This document shows, piece after piece, positions 8,648-16,968 of a stretch of DNA of 64,000 nucleotides; the first letter of the stretch is position 1, and each line of letters opens with the position of its first letter. Location of the stretch: NCBI GenBank assembly GCA_026713825.1, contig JAPONS010000108.1:7585-71584 (forward strand), in the 5' to 3' direction. The notes beneath the pieces are model-generated. The model saw only the letters and a program-made list of their open reading frames with translations, did not search any database and had not been told where the DNA came from. The position numbers were made by a program, and so were the translations under genes. This DNA is from Chloroflexota bacterium (GTDB taxonomy: Bacteria; Chloroflexota; Dehalococcoidia; Lucifugimonadales; UBA1127).

Positions 8648-9697
8648 ATGGCAACTCGAATCGGCATCATGGGCGCGGGAGCCCTCGGCAGCTACGTCGG
8701 CGCCTTCCTCGCCCGCGCCGGTGAGGACGTCACCATGGTCGATATGTGGCCCGAGCACGTCGAGACCATGAAGCGGGACGGCCTCCGCGCCAGCGGCAGC
8801 CAGGGCGATTTCACCGTTCCCATCAACGCCCTGCACCTGACCGAGGCCCAGAACATCACCGACCAGTTCGACTACGCCTTCATCGCCCTCAAGTCCTACG
8901 ACACCGAGTGGGCGACCCACTTCATCAGGCGCTACGTCAAGCCCGATGGCTGCTTCATCTCCCTGCAGAACTGCTGGAATGACCCGACCGTCGGCGCCAT
9001 CGTCGGCCAGGAGCGCGCCATGGGCTGCATCGCCTCCCACATTGAGGTCGCCCTGTGGGAGCCCGGCCACGTCCAGCGCGGCGGCGCCGTCGGCCGCGAC
9101 TCCGGCCACGTCGTCTTCCGCGTCGGCGAGCAGACCCTGCAGGTCACCGAGCGCTCGGAGTACGTCGCCTCCCTGCTCGACAACATCGACGCCGCCTACG
9201 CCACCGACAACCTCTGGGGCGAGCGATGGGCCAAGCTCTGCCAGAACTCCATGGGCAACGCCATCTCCGCCATGACCGCCATGGGCACCAACGAGCTCGC
9301 CGTCGACCAGCGGTGCCGCACCATCTCCATCAACCTCGCCAGGGAGGCCGCCAGCGTCGGCCTCGCCCTCGGCTACAACGTCGTCGACATCAACGGCAAA
9401 CCGGCCCAGCTCTGGGCCGACGCGGAGCGCGGCGACGTCTATGAGGAGCTCGACAACTACTTCGCCAACCGCCGCACGCGCGTCAACTGGCTCGCCTCCA
9501 TGGCCCAGGACGTCCACAAAGGCCGACGCTCTGAGGTCGCCTTCATGAACGGCCTGGTCTGCGCCAAGGGCCGCGAGGTCAGCATCCCCACCCCCTACAA
9601 CGACGCCATAGTCTCCGCCATGCAGCTAATAGACGACCGCATCAAACCCGCCGGCCCGGAGCTCATCGACATCGTCCTGCAAGGCGTCGGCGCGTAG
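8648..9697 (+). CDS. 2-dehydropantoate 2-reductase (ketopantoate reductase, ApbA/PanE family)
   Basis: 349 aa. N-terminal Rossmann motif IGIMGAGALGSYVGAFLARAG and family-typical length. The physiological substrate cannot be inferred. Confidence 0.7.
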   Translation: MATRIGIMGAGALGSYVGAFLARAGEDVTMVDMWPEHVETMKRDGLRASGSQGDFTVPINALHLTEAQNITDQFDYAFIALKSYDTEWATHFIRRYVKPDGCFISLQNCWNDPTVGAIVGQERAMGCIASHIEVALWEPGHVQRGGAVGRDSGHVVFRVGEQTLQVTERSEYVASLLDNIDAAYATDNLWGERWAKLCQNSMGNAISAMTAMGTNELAVDQRCRTISINLAREAASVGLALGYNVVDINGKPAQLWADAERGDVYEELDNYFANRRTRVNWLASMAQDVHKGRRSEVAFMNGLVCAKGREVSIPTPYNDAIVSAMQLIDDRIKPAGPELIDIVLQGVGA

Positions 9698-9698
9698 T

Positions 9699-9920
9699 CC
9701 CTTCCCCTTGACGGGGGAAGGTTAGGATGGGGGTGCCCCACCCAAGTCCGCCGTAGGGACGATTCGCGAATCGCCCGTCCTGCGACAGCGGGAACCCCCG
9801 CCTGCCCATCCGCTCACCCTCATCCTGTCGAAGGGTTACCCGAACGGCCAAGCCGTTACCCCAACCCCCCATACCGGCGAATGCCGGTATCCAGAAAGGG
9901 GCAACCCTCGTGGTTCCCCT
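9699..9920. repeat. composite cluster of at least four REP-like element families
   Basis: Four units in series. cttccccttgacgggggaaggttaggatggggg (also at 12836 and 25838). cgtagggacgattcgcgaatcgcccgtcc…gggaacccc (also at 16512). ataccggcgaatgccggtatccag (also at 3146 and 5088). ggggcaaccctcgtggttcccc (also at 5020 and 47496). Confidence 0.7.
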
Positions 9921-10001
9921 CTCCCGCTATAGTCCTTTCCCTCTTGATGTCGGCAGTCGCAGCGTAACCCCCCGTTGGCCCTGAGCCCGTCGCTGCACCC
10001 T

Positions 10002-11360
10002 CTACCCCGCCAGCAACCCCCGCAGCGACCGAACGTCGTCCACCGACTCCAGCCCGCGCACCGCCGAGATCAGCCCGTCCGCCTTCTCCTCGCCGAGCGC
10101 CGGCACGAGCAGGTCCCGCGCCTTAGCCTCGACCTCTTCCGTCGTCATCGGGTTCTCCATCGTCCCCCGCACGGCCACCACGTGGTCGCGGTACGTCGCG
10201 CCGTCCGTCGTCGTCACCTCCACGATCGCCTGTCGAGGGCTCTCAGGCGTCACCAGCGCGTCGTCCCCTACCAGCTCCACCTTCTCCCGGATCGCCAGCA
10301 TCGCCGGGTCCATGAAGCGCTCGTAGTCGTGCGCCGCCGCGAACGAAATCCCGCCATCCACCAGGTACACCGCCATCATGTGCTGCAGGCAAATGTTCGG
10401 CATCTCGCGATTGTTCACCGTGCGAGCGCCGCCCACGCCCATCATCACCTTGATGTGCTCCACCTCGTCCGGCCGCAGCGGGTGCTCGTCCAGGATGTGC
10501 CCCAGCGCGTCCGCCGCCGCTTGGATCGGCGAGCCAACGCAGTGCTTCTTGATGTTCGTGCGCAAGACCTCGTACCGCTCGCCCAGCTCCGCCACCATCT
10601 CCCCCGGCTGCGGCGACGGCGAGAACGACCGGAAGAAGTTGCGCTCCCCCTCGAACACGTTCCACACGCCCGTGAACCCCATGTCGACCAATACCGCCGC
10701 GGTCACCCCGCTCCGCGCTGGCATCCCCGCGAAGTCAAACGCCTTCTCGATGTGGTCCGTATCCCGCGCCCACGTCGGAATCCCCGACGTCTGCTGGGCA
10801 GTGTACGAGATCAGGTAGCGCATCTGGTCCTCGCTCGTGTCCGTGCACGCACCCGCCGCCGTCGCGGCCCCGAACAGCCCGCCGAGGCTGTGGCTGCTGA
10901 ACCCGCGCTCCGCCTCCAGCGTGTACCGTTCGCCCAGCGAGTGCATGACTCGGGCGCACATGTCGTACCCCAGCACGACGGCGTTCAGCAGCCGCCGCCC
11001 GGACACCGCGTTCCGCTCGCCCATCGCCATCGCCGCCGGCACGATGCCGCACCCCGGGTGCGTCCCCGACGGCGCATGCGAGTCGTCCGTCTCGTCGGCG
11101 TGCGCCAGGAAGCCGTTGGCCATCGCCGCCGTCACCGCCGTCGTCAGGAAGGGTGTCGAGAGCACCTGCGCCTCCTCGGTCCCGCCCTGGCTGCGCGCAA
11201 ACTCGATCGCCATGCGCCCCGGCTCCAGCGCTGCTCCCGAGACCATCGCCGCGATGGTGTCGAGAATGTGGTGTTTGGCCTTTGCCGCCACCTCCGGCGG
11301 AAGCGCCGCATCCCGGGCCTGCACCATGTACCGCGCGAGGGTCTCCATCTCTCCGGCCAT
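10002..11360 (-). CDS. MmgE/PrpD family protein (2-methylcitrate dehydratase-like)
   Basis: 452 aa. …LARYMVQARDAALPPEVAAKAKHHILDTIAAMVSGA… is the typical MmgE/PrpD N-terminus. RBS aggagg lies upstream. Confidence 0.8.
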   Translation of the reverse strand: MAGEMETLARYMVQARDAALPPEVAAKAKHHILDTIAAMVSGAALEPGRMAIEFARSQGGTEEAQVLSTPFLTTAVTAAMANGFLAHADETDDSHAPSGTHPGCGIVPAAMAMGERNAVSGRRLLNAVVLGYDMCARVMHSLGERYTLEAERGFSSHSLGGLFGAATAAGACTDTSEDQMRYLISYTAQQTSGIPTWARDTDHIEKAFDFAGMPARSGVTAAVLVDMGFTGVWNVFEGERNFFRSFSPSPQPGEMVAELGERYEVLRTNIKKHCVGSPIQAAADALGHILDEHPLRPDEVEHIKVMMGVGGARTVNNREMPNICLQHMMAVYLVDGGISFAAAHDYERFMDPAMLAIREKVELVGDDALVTPESPRQAIVEVTTTDGATYRDHVVAVRGTMENPMTTEEVEAKARDLLVPALGEEKADGLISAVRGLESVDDVRSLRGLLAG

Positions 11361-11583
11361 AACTCCTCCTTGCCGGCCGATTCCGCTGCCGGGCCTCGCG
11401 CCGCAGTATCAGACGAGGGCCCCACAGCGTCAATGCGAGCCACCCTGACACAGACACATTGCCTGGACGCCGCGCCCATCGCTACCCTTCTCCCATGCAC
11501 TACTGCTTCATCACGCTCAAGCAGGCCGTCAGTCAAGAGAAGCGCCGCTGCCAGGTGGTAGCCAGCGATGTCTTCTACCCAGC

Positions 11584-11675
11584 GATGCGCGAATCAGCCA
11601 ACAGAATACTTGGTAGGCTGGCCAGGAGATTTTCTCATTCGTGTTGTAGCCAAAATGTGCCGCATCAGCTACAAA
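11584..11675 (+). repeat. hairpin-containing ~92-nt element, copy A
   Basis: gatgcgcgaatcagccaacagaatacttgg…gtgTTGTAGCcaaaatgtgccgcatcaGCTACAAa. A 7-bp stem (11644-11650 / 11668-11674) encloses a 17-nt loop. A direct copy lies 137 nt downstream. Confidence 0.6.
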
Positions 11676-11720
11676 GGGAACACCGAAACAAGGGGGTGCC
11701 GGTGTCCCCCCCTGCACAAG

Positions 11721-11813
11721 GATGCGCGGATTGGTCAACAGAATACTGGGTTGCTGGGCCAAGAGAGTTTTTCACTCGTGTTGTAGCTAATATGTGCCGC
11801 ATCAGCTACAAAA
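11721..11813 (+). repeat. hairpin-containing ~92-nt element, copy B
   Basis: gatgcgcggattggtcaacagaatactggg…gtgTTGTAGCtaatatgtgccgcatcaGCTACAAa. Collinear with copy A along its whole length. Confidence 0.6.
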
Positions 11814-12041
11814 CGTGTCAAATTCAACCTCCATGCGGCAAGGGCGCTTCCAGAATGGCTCGCAAGGGATGGAGGCGCCACTCGTGCCCGGAATCCAGCA
11901 GGCCCACGGTAGCCGCATGTGCCGAAGACAGTCCCTGCGTTTGGCAAAACTTGACCCCGCAGGTATCCTATCCGCACCCACAAGCGCGGATAGCGCAGGA
12001 TTCATGGTGTGCAACACGCACTGCCAGGAAGGGAGGTAACT

Positions 12042-12377
12042 GTGGCAGACTACTTGCTAGTGGAGTCCCGGGACCCGTTCGAGTACGCCGACACGTCCTA
12101 CTTCTATCAGATGGCGGAAGACCTCTGTAAGGCCGGCAACAACGTCACCTTCTTCCTGGTGCAGAACGGCGTCATCATGGCCCGCAAGGGCATCTCCAAC
12201 GACGCCATCGCCAGGCTCCGGAGCGCCGCGCCGTCCGTCAAGATCCTCGCCGACGAGTTCTCCCTGCGCGAGCGCGCCATCACTGCCGACAAGCTCGCCG
12301 ACGGCGTCGCCTCGTCCGGCGTGGACGCCCTCGTCGACATGCTCGCCGTTCCCGGCGTCAAGGCCGTCTGGCACTAG
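12042..12377 (+). CDS. DsrE/DsrF/TusB-like sulfur-relay family protein
   Basis: GTG at 12042 sits 6 nt after the gggagg RBS, in frame inside track ORF 12009..12377. VADYLLVESRDPFE…VTFFLVQNGV… has a DsrE-fold-like pattern. First of three adjacent related genes. Confidence 0.5.
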   Translation: MADYLLVESRDPFEYADTSYFYQMAEDLCKAGNNVTFFLVQNGVIMARKGISNDAIARLRSAAPSVKILADEFSLRERAITADKLADGVASSGVDALVDMLAVPGVKAVWH

Positions 12378-12410
12378 GCCGGACTCTCATCCCGAAGGAG
12401 GACTAGCACA

Positions 12411-12827
12411 ATGACTACATCAGGTGACAAGACAATCACCATCGCCCTCATGGACCCGCCGTACGAGTCCGGCACGACCACCACCGCCCTCCGCATCGTC
12501 GACGCCGCCCTGCGCAAGGGCATCAACGTCAACGTCTTTGCATATGAGGGCGCGGTCAACATGACCATGAAGGCCCAGGCCCCTCACCCAAACCCAGTCA
12601 AGGGCACCAGCATCGAAGAGCAGGACCACCCCAGCACGGCCCGGTTCATCGCCGGTCTGTTCGAGTTGTCGCAGTCCGGCCCCGCGCTCGACTGGATCAA
12701 CTGCGGCCTCTGCGTCGACGAGCGCGGCGCCGGTGACTGGATCGAGGGCCCGCGCCGCGGCGGCCCCGGCGACCTGTTCAAGATGTCTCAGGCAAGCACC
12801 AACACGCTGATTATCGGGACGCGCTAG
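12411..12827 (+). CDS. DsrE/TusD-like sulfur-relay family protein
   Basis: 138 aa with RBS gaaggagg. TITIALMDPPYESGTTTTALRIVDAAL…NCGLCVDERG shows the DsrE-like fold pattern with a conserved-looking Cys. Confidence 0.55.
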   Translation: MTTSGDKTITIALMDPPYESGTTTTALRIVDAALRKGINVNVFAYEGAVNMTMKAQAPHPNPVKGTSIEEQDHPSTARFIAGLFELSQSGPALDWINCGLCVDERGAGDWIEGPRRGGPGDLFKMSQASTNTLIIGTR

Positions 12828-12835
12828 CTGCCTTA

Positions 12836-12870
12836 CCCCCTTCCCCTCTGGGGGAAGGTTGGGATGGGGG
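12836..12870. repeat. REP-like element (ggggaaggttRggatggggg family)
   Basis: cccccttcccctctgggggaaggttgggatggggg. The same unit is at 9699-9735 and 25838-25870. Confidence 0.6.
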
Positions 12871-12905
12871 TAGACAGCGACTATACCAAAATCCAGGAGG
12901 CAATC

Positions 12906-13289
12906 ATGGCCGGAATTCTCTCCGTCGTGGAGCGCGCCTACCACGGCACCATTGAGGAGCAGGATGACACCATCCTGTGGGTCAGCCACATGCTCAAGAA
13001 CGCGGGCGCGGACCTCTCCGTGCTCCTGCGCAGCAACGCGGTCAACTACGCCGTCAAGGGCCAGGACGCCAGCGGCCTGAGCATCGGCGGCGTAGAGCTC
13101 AGCGTGCCCCCGCGCCTCGACGACGACGTCATCGCGCTGGCTAACTCCGGCGCGCCCGTCTACGTCGTCGCCGAGGACCTCGCCGACCGTGGCATCTCCG
13201 CCGGCGACCTCTGCGATGGCGTCCAGACCGTCTCCCGCGCGGACCTCGCCAAGCTCTTCGACGACCACGACGCCATCTGGCACTGGTAA
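12906..13289 (+). CDS. DsrE/DsrH-like family protein
   Basis: ATG at 12906 lies 5 nt after the aggagg RBS; the track ORF start at 12864 falls inside a REP element. MAGILSVVERAYHGTIEEQDDTILW…VYVVAEDLADRGI. Confidence 0.45.
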   Translation: MAGILSVVERAYHGTIEEQDDTILWVSHMLKNAGADLSVLLRSNAVNYAVKGQDASGLSIGGVELSVPPRLDDDVIALANSGAPVYVVAEDLADRGISAGDLCDGVQTVSRADLAKLFDDHDAIWHW

Positions 13290-13403
13290 GAAAGCTGGCA
13301 GCCCGGTTTGGGGATCGCGGAATTGTTGCTGGGGGGCATGGAAGCCTTTGGCGTGTACTGGTTTCCCCGTACCGAGAGATGACTTCACGGTGGGCGGGAG
13401 CGT

Positions 13404-13433
13404 TTGACAGTATCGAGAACGCCTACCTATAAT
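13404..13433 (+). promoter_or_regulatory. sigma70-like promoter of the rpsP operon
   Basis: Consensus TTGACA (13404-13409), 18 nt, consensus TATAAT (13428-13433). AAGGAG RBS at 13454-13459. Confidence 0.6.
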
Positions 13434-13471
13434 ACGTTTGACTATTTGCCCTTTAAGGAGTCTTTGCATCT

Positions 13472-13720
13472 ATGTTGCGAATCCGCCTGCGCCGAATGGG
13501 GAAGAAAAAGCAGCCCAGCTACCGGGTTGTTGTAATGGACGCTCGGTCTCCACGGGACGGCGGCTACATTGACCAGGTCGGGCTCTACAACCCCCGCACG
13601 GAACCCGCGACAGTGGAGATAGATACTGACAAGGCGCTGGCGTGGATGAAGAACGGCGCCCAACCTTCTCAGCCGGTGCAACGCCTGCTGCGGAACCTGG
13701 GAGTGCTGGAGAAGGCATAA
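13472..13720 (+). CDS. rpsP: 30S ribosomal protein S16
   Basis: MLRIRLRRMGKKKQPSYRVVVMDARSPRDGGYIDQVGLYNP… is the canonical bS16 sequence. Confidence 0.95.
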   Translation: MLRIRLRRMGKKKQPSYRVVVMDARSPRDGGYIDQVGLYNPRTEPATVEIDTDKALAWMKNGAQPSQPVQRLLRNLGVLEKA

Positions 13721-13723
13721 CCC

Positions 13724-13951
13724 ATGCGTGAGCTCATCGAGTACATTGCCAAGTCCCTCGCGCACAACCCCGATGCCGTCAAGGTGACGCAGGTCGAGGA
13801 GGAAGGCGTTTACGTCATCCAGCTCGATGTCGACCCCGACGACAAGGGGCGCATCATCGGCAAGCAGGGCCGTGTCGCTGAGGCCATGCGCGTTCTGCTG
13901 CGCGTGGTCGCCATCAAGCAGGGCGTCCGCGCGTCGCTCCAGATCCTGTAG
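13724..13951 (+). CDS. KH-domain RNA-binding protein (UPF0109/YlqC family)
   Basis: 75 aa with the KH GxxG loop IIGKQGRVAEAMR. Conserved position between rpsP and rimM. Confidence 0.85.
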   Translation: MRELIEYIAKSLAHNPDAVKVTQVEEEGVYVIQLDVDPDDKGRIIGKQGRVAEAMRVLLRVVAIKQGVRASLQIL

Positions 13952-13977
13952 CCCTAGCGACCGGCCCGGAACTGCCC

Positions 13978-14499
13978 ATGCCGTCTCCCTCCGAAGAACG
14001 CAAACCGCAGCCTGACCGCTTGGTTGCCGCCCGTATCCTCGGCCCTTGGGGCCGCCACGGCCACCTCCGTATCGCCTCCCTCAGTGACGTCCCCGACCGC
14101 TTTGCCCCCGGCGCCCGTTTCCTCATCGGTGACGACACCTACGTCAGCGAGGGCGCGTCTCAGCAGGGCAAGTCCCTCCTCATCAAGCTCCGCGGCGTAG
14201 ACACTCGCTGGGACGCCGACGACCTCCGCGGCGAGCTCCTTGAGACCCCCGTTGAGGAGGCCGCTGCCCTGCCCGAGGGCGCCTACTACCAGCACCAGGT
14301 CATTGGCCTCGCCGTGCGCACAACGGACGGCCGCGACCTCGGCACACTCTCGGACATCATTGAGACCGGCAGCAATGACGTCTACGTCGTGCGCGGCCCG
14401 GACGGTGAACACCTCATCCCGGCCATCCCCGATATCGTGCAGGACGTGGACATGGAGACCGGCGTGATCACCATCGAGACTGTGCCAGGACTACTTTGA
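13978..14499 (+). CDS. rimM: 16S rRNA processing protein RimM
   Basis: 173 aa. …LVAARILGPWGRHGHLRIASLSDVPDRF… and a C-terminal PRC-barrel pattern (LIPAIPDIVQDVDMETGVITIE). Conserved synteny after rpsP-KH. Confidence 0.85.
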   Translation: MPSPSEERKPQPDRLVAARILGPWGRHGHLRIASLSDVPDRFAPGARFLIGDDTYVSEGASQQGKSLLIKLRGVDTRWDADDLRGELLETPVEEAAALPEGAYYQHQVIGLAVRTTDGRDLGTLSDIIETGSNDVYVVRGPDGEHLIPAIPDIVQDVDMETGVITIETVPGLL

Positions 14500-14580
14500 C
14501 CTCACGTCAGCGACGCCTGTAGAATGCCCCTAGCAGGCCCGCCACGGTGGGCCAGCCCATGCACCGCAGAGGAGGTGGCC

Positions 14581-15339
14581 GTGAGCGGACACTCCAAATG
14601 GTCCACAATCAAACACCAGAAGGGCGCCGCTGACGCCAAGCGCGGCCAGCTCTTCACCCGCCTGACCAAGGAAATCGCCGTAGCCGCAAAGGCCGGCGGT
14701 GGTGACCCCGACATGAACCCCCGCCTGCGCCTTGCCGTCCAGCAGGCCAAGCAGAACAACATGCCCCTCGACAATATCGAGCGCGCCATCAAGCGGGCCA
14801 CCGGCCAGTTGGGCGAAGATGTTGTGCTGGAAGAGCTGGTCTATGAGGGGTTCAGTCCTGGCGGCGCTGCCATCATAGTTGTTGCCGTGACAGACAACCG
14901 AAACCGCGCATCCTCGGAGGTGCGCAACGTCTTTGACCGTAACAACGGCAAGATGGGGCAGGTCGGCTCAGTAGGCTGGATGTTTGAGCAGAAGGGCGTC
15001 ATCACCCTGCAGATCTCCGAAGAGCAGATGGAGGAGGCCGAACTCCTTGCCATCGAGCACGGCGCGGAGGACATCACTGACGACGACACCAGCATTGAGG
15101 TCCGCACCGCCCCTGAGAACTTTGAGGCCGTCCGCCGTGCCTTGGAGGAGGCCGGCCTGGCTCCCGTCTCCGCCGAGGTCACCCTCGTCCCGACCACCCA
15201 GGCCGGCCTCGACGAGCGCGCCGCCGAGCAGACCCTCAAGCTGCTGGACCGCCTCGAGGGTCTGGACGACGTCCAGAAGGTCGTAACCAACGCAGACTTC
15301 CCTGAAGCCGTCCTGGAAAAGTACGCGACGGCGGCCTAG
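14581..15339 (+). CDS. yebC: YebC/PmpR family DNA-binding transcriptional regulator
   Basis: GTG at 14581 gives the family-invariant start SGHSKWSTIKHQKGAADAKRGQLFTRL. The track ORF start at 14524 adds a non-conserved extension. Confidence 0.9.
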   Translation: MSGHSKWSTIKHQKGAADAKRGQLFTRLTKEIAVAAKAGGGDPDMNPRLRLAVQQAKQNNMPLDNIERAIKRATGQLGEDVVLEELVYEGFSPGGAAIIVVAVTDNRNRASSEVRNVFDRNNGKMGQVGSVGWMFEQKGVITLQISEEQMEEAELLAIEHGAEDITDDDTSIEVRTAPENFEAVRRALEEAGLAPVSAEVTLVPTTQAGLDERAAEQTLKLLDRLEGLDDVQKVVTNADFPEAVLEKYATAA

Positions 15340-15346
15340 GCGCGCC

Positions 15347-15868
15347 ATGGGCCAGCGCATCCTCGGCATAGACCCCGGCACCATCCAGTTCGGCTACGGC
15401 CTGCTGGAAGCCGAACGCGGCGATGCCACCTATCTCACGGCCGGGGTCATCAAGGCCCCACGCTCACAGGAGATTGGCGAGCGCCTCCATCGCATCCACG
15501 CCGAGCTCCTTGCGCTGCTGGAGACGTGGCGCCCAAACGTCATCGCCGTCGAGGAGCCCTTCGTCCCGCCGGAGGTCGCCAGCCGGGGCGGCCACCGCAC
15601 CAGCATCCGCTCCGCGATGGCCGTCGGGCAGGCCCAGGCCATCGCGCTGCTGGCGGCCGCTCACTACAGCCTGCCCGTCTTCCGCTACCCGCCGGCGCAG
15701 GTGAAGAACGCGGTATCGGGCTACGGTCAGGGCAGCAAGCAGCAGGTCGCCGCCATGGTCGGGATGCTCCTCGGTCTGCAAAAGCCGCCAGAGCCCGCGG
15801 ACGCCACCGACGCCCTGGCAGTGGCCCTATGCCACCTACAGCACGAACGGCTTAACACCTTGGTATAG
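15347..15868 (+). CDS. ruvC: crossover junction endodeoxyribonuclease RuvC
   Basis: MGQRILGIDPGTIQFGYGLLE… (catalytic D in GIDPG), 173 aa, yebC-ruvC-ruvA synteny. Confidence 0.9.
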   Translation: MGQRILGIDPGTIQFGYGLLEAERGDATYLTAGVIKAPRSQEIGERLHRIHAELLALLETWRPNVIAVEEPFVPPEVASRGGHRTSIRSAMAVGQAQAIALLAAAHYSLPVFRYPPAQVKNAVSGYGQGSKQQVAAMVGMLLGLQKPPEPADATDALAVALCHLQHERLNTLV

Positions 15869-15912
15869 CCCGTGACAGACAACCCACAAGTACGCGAGAG
15901 GACAAAGCATAG

Positions 15913-16494
15913 ATGATTTCAGGTGTGCGGGGAACACTGGAGGCCGTTGGCGCCGATTGGGTTAACGTGGGAGTCCGCGGGGTCACCTTCCGGGTCTCCG
16001 TGCCCTCCTCCGCCATCCCCACCCTCGGCGCCATAGGCGGCTCGGTCCACCTGCACACGCACCTCGTCGTCCGCGACGACGCCATGGAACTGCACGGCTT
16101 CCCGACAGACGACGCCCTCCAACTCTTCACCATGCTCATCGGCGTCTCCGGCATCGGCCCAAGGTTGGCCCACTCAATGCTCTCCGCCATGCCGGCCGAG
16201 ACCCTCGCCGCGGCCATCGCCGCCGGCGACACCAAGGCCCTTGCGCAGGCGCCCGGCCTCGGCCAGCGTACGGCGGCCCGCGTGGTAGTTGAGCTCAAGG
16301 ACAAGCTGGACATGGGCTTCACAAGCAGTGCTCCCGGCGTCCCCACCACAGGAGCGGCGAACGCCGTCACCGAGGCCCTCCAGGCGTTGGGCTACTCCCC
16401 CATTGAGGCCCGCCAGGCAGTCGCGGGCGGCGACACCACCCTCCCCGTCGAGGAGCAGGTCCGTCAGGCCCTCCAACGCATCGCCCAACGTTGA
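15913..16494 (+). CDS. ruvA: Holliday junction branch migration protein RuvA
   Basis: MISGVRGTLEAVGADWVNVGVRGVTFRVSVP…LIGVSGIGPRLA…APGLGQRTAARVVVELKDK (HhH motifs). Confidence 0.9.
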   Translation: MISGVRGTLEAVGADWVNVGVRGVTFRVSVPSSAIPTLGAIGGSVHLHTHLVVRDDAMELHGFPTDDALQLFTMLIGVSGIGPRLAHSMLSAMPAETLAAAIAAGDTKALAQAPGLGQRTAARVVVELKDKLDMGFTSSAPGVPTTGAANAVTEALQALGYSPIEARQAVAGGDTTLPVEEQVRQALQRIAQR

Positions 16495-16511
16495 GGGACG
16501 TGCTTCAACTT

Positions 16512-16560
16512 CGTAGGGGCGATTCGCGAATCGCCCGTCCCGTCCGCAGACGGGAACCCC
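16512..16560. repeat. REP-like element (gattcgcgaatc palindrome family)
   Basis: cgtaggggcgattcgcgaatcgcccgtcccgtccgcagacgggaacccc is nearly identical to 9751-9800. Confidence 0.7.
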
Positions 16561-16571
16561 ACCGCGAGCGC

Positions 16572-16898
16572 CTAGTTCAGCGGTGAAAAGTCCGTCGGGG
16601 CCAGCATCACGTTCTGGACGTCAGCCACGATGGGGCCGTCCTTCTCCGACTCCGCGAACACCCTCGCCCGCTCCGGGTCCTCCCGGAACGCCGCGAAGCA
16701 GCGGCTGCGTTCCTCGTAGCTCTCCCAGGCCAGCATGTAGATCAGCTCATGGCTGGACCCGCCAACCTGCGGCGTCCAGAACCCGATGATGCGGAAACCG
16801 TGCTCAGTGAACTTGGCCGCCGTGAAGTCTCGGAACCGCGCGACTACGTTAGGCAGCTTGCCGGGGCAGGCAGTGTAGGTCCGGAGCTCGTACAACAT
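16572..16898 (-). CDS. NIPSNAP family protein
   Basis: Start trimmed to MLYELRTYTACPGKL…, the family-typical opening. 108 aa. Confidence 0.7.
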   Translation of the reverse strand: MLYELRTYTACPGKLPNVVARFRDFTAAKFTEHGFRIIGFWTPQVGGSSHELIYMLAWESYEERSRCFAAFREDPERARVFAESEKDGPIVADVQNVMLAPTDFSPLN

Positions 16899-16968
16899 GG
16901 CCTCTCCTTGCGGTGCGGATTTCCACGCCATCATACACCAGCAAGGGCCTTCACACGGGGAGAGAGGG

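Noticed and set aside
11701-11709. 9-nt identity (ggtgtcccc) between the hairpin after repeat copy A and the 5' end of the CRISPR repeat
   Set aside because: A 9-mer match is about what chance predicts in 128 kb of two-strand GC-rich sequence. The identity does not extend further, so it is not taken as a link between the two loci.
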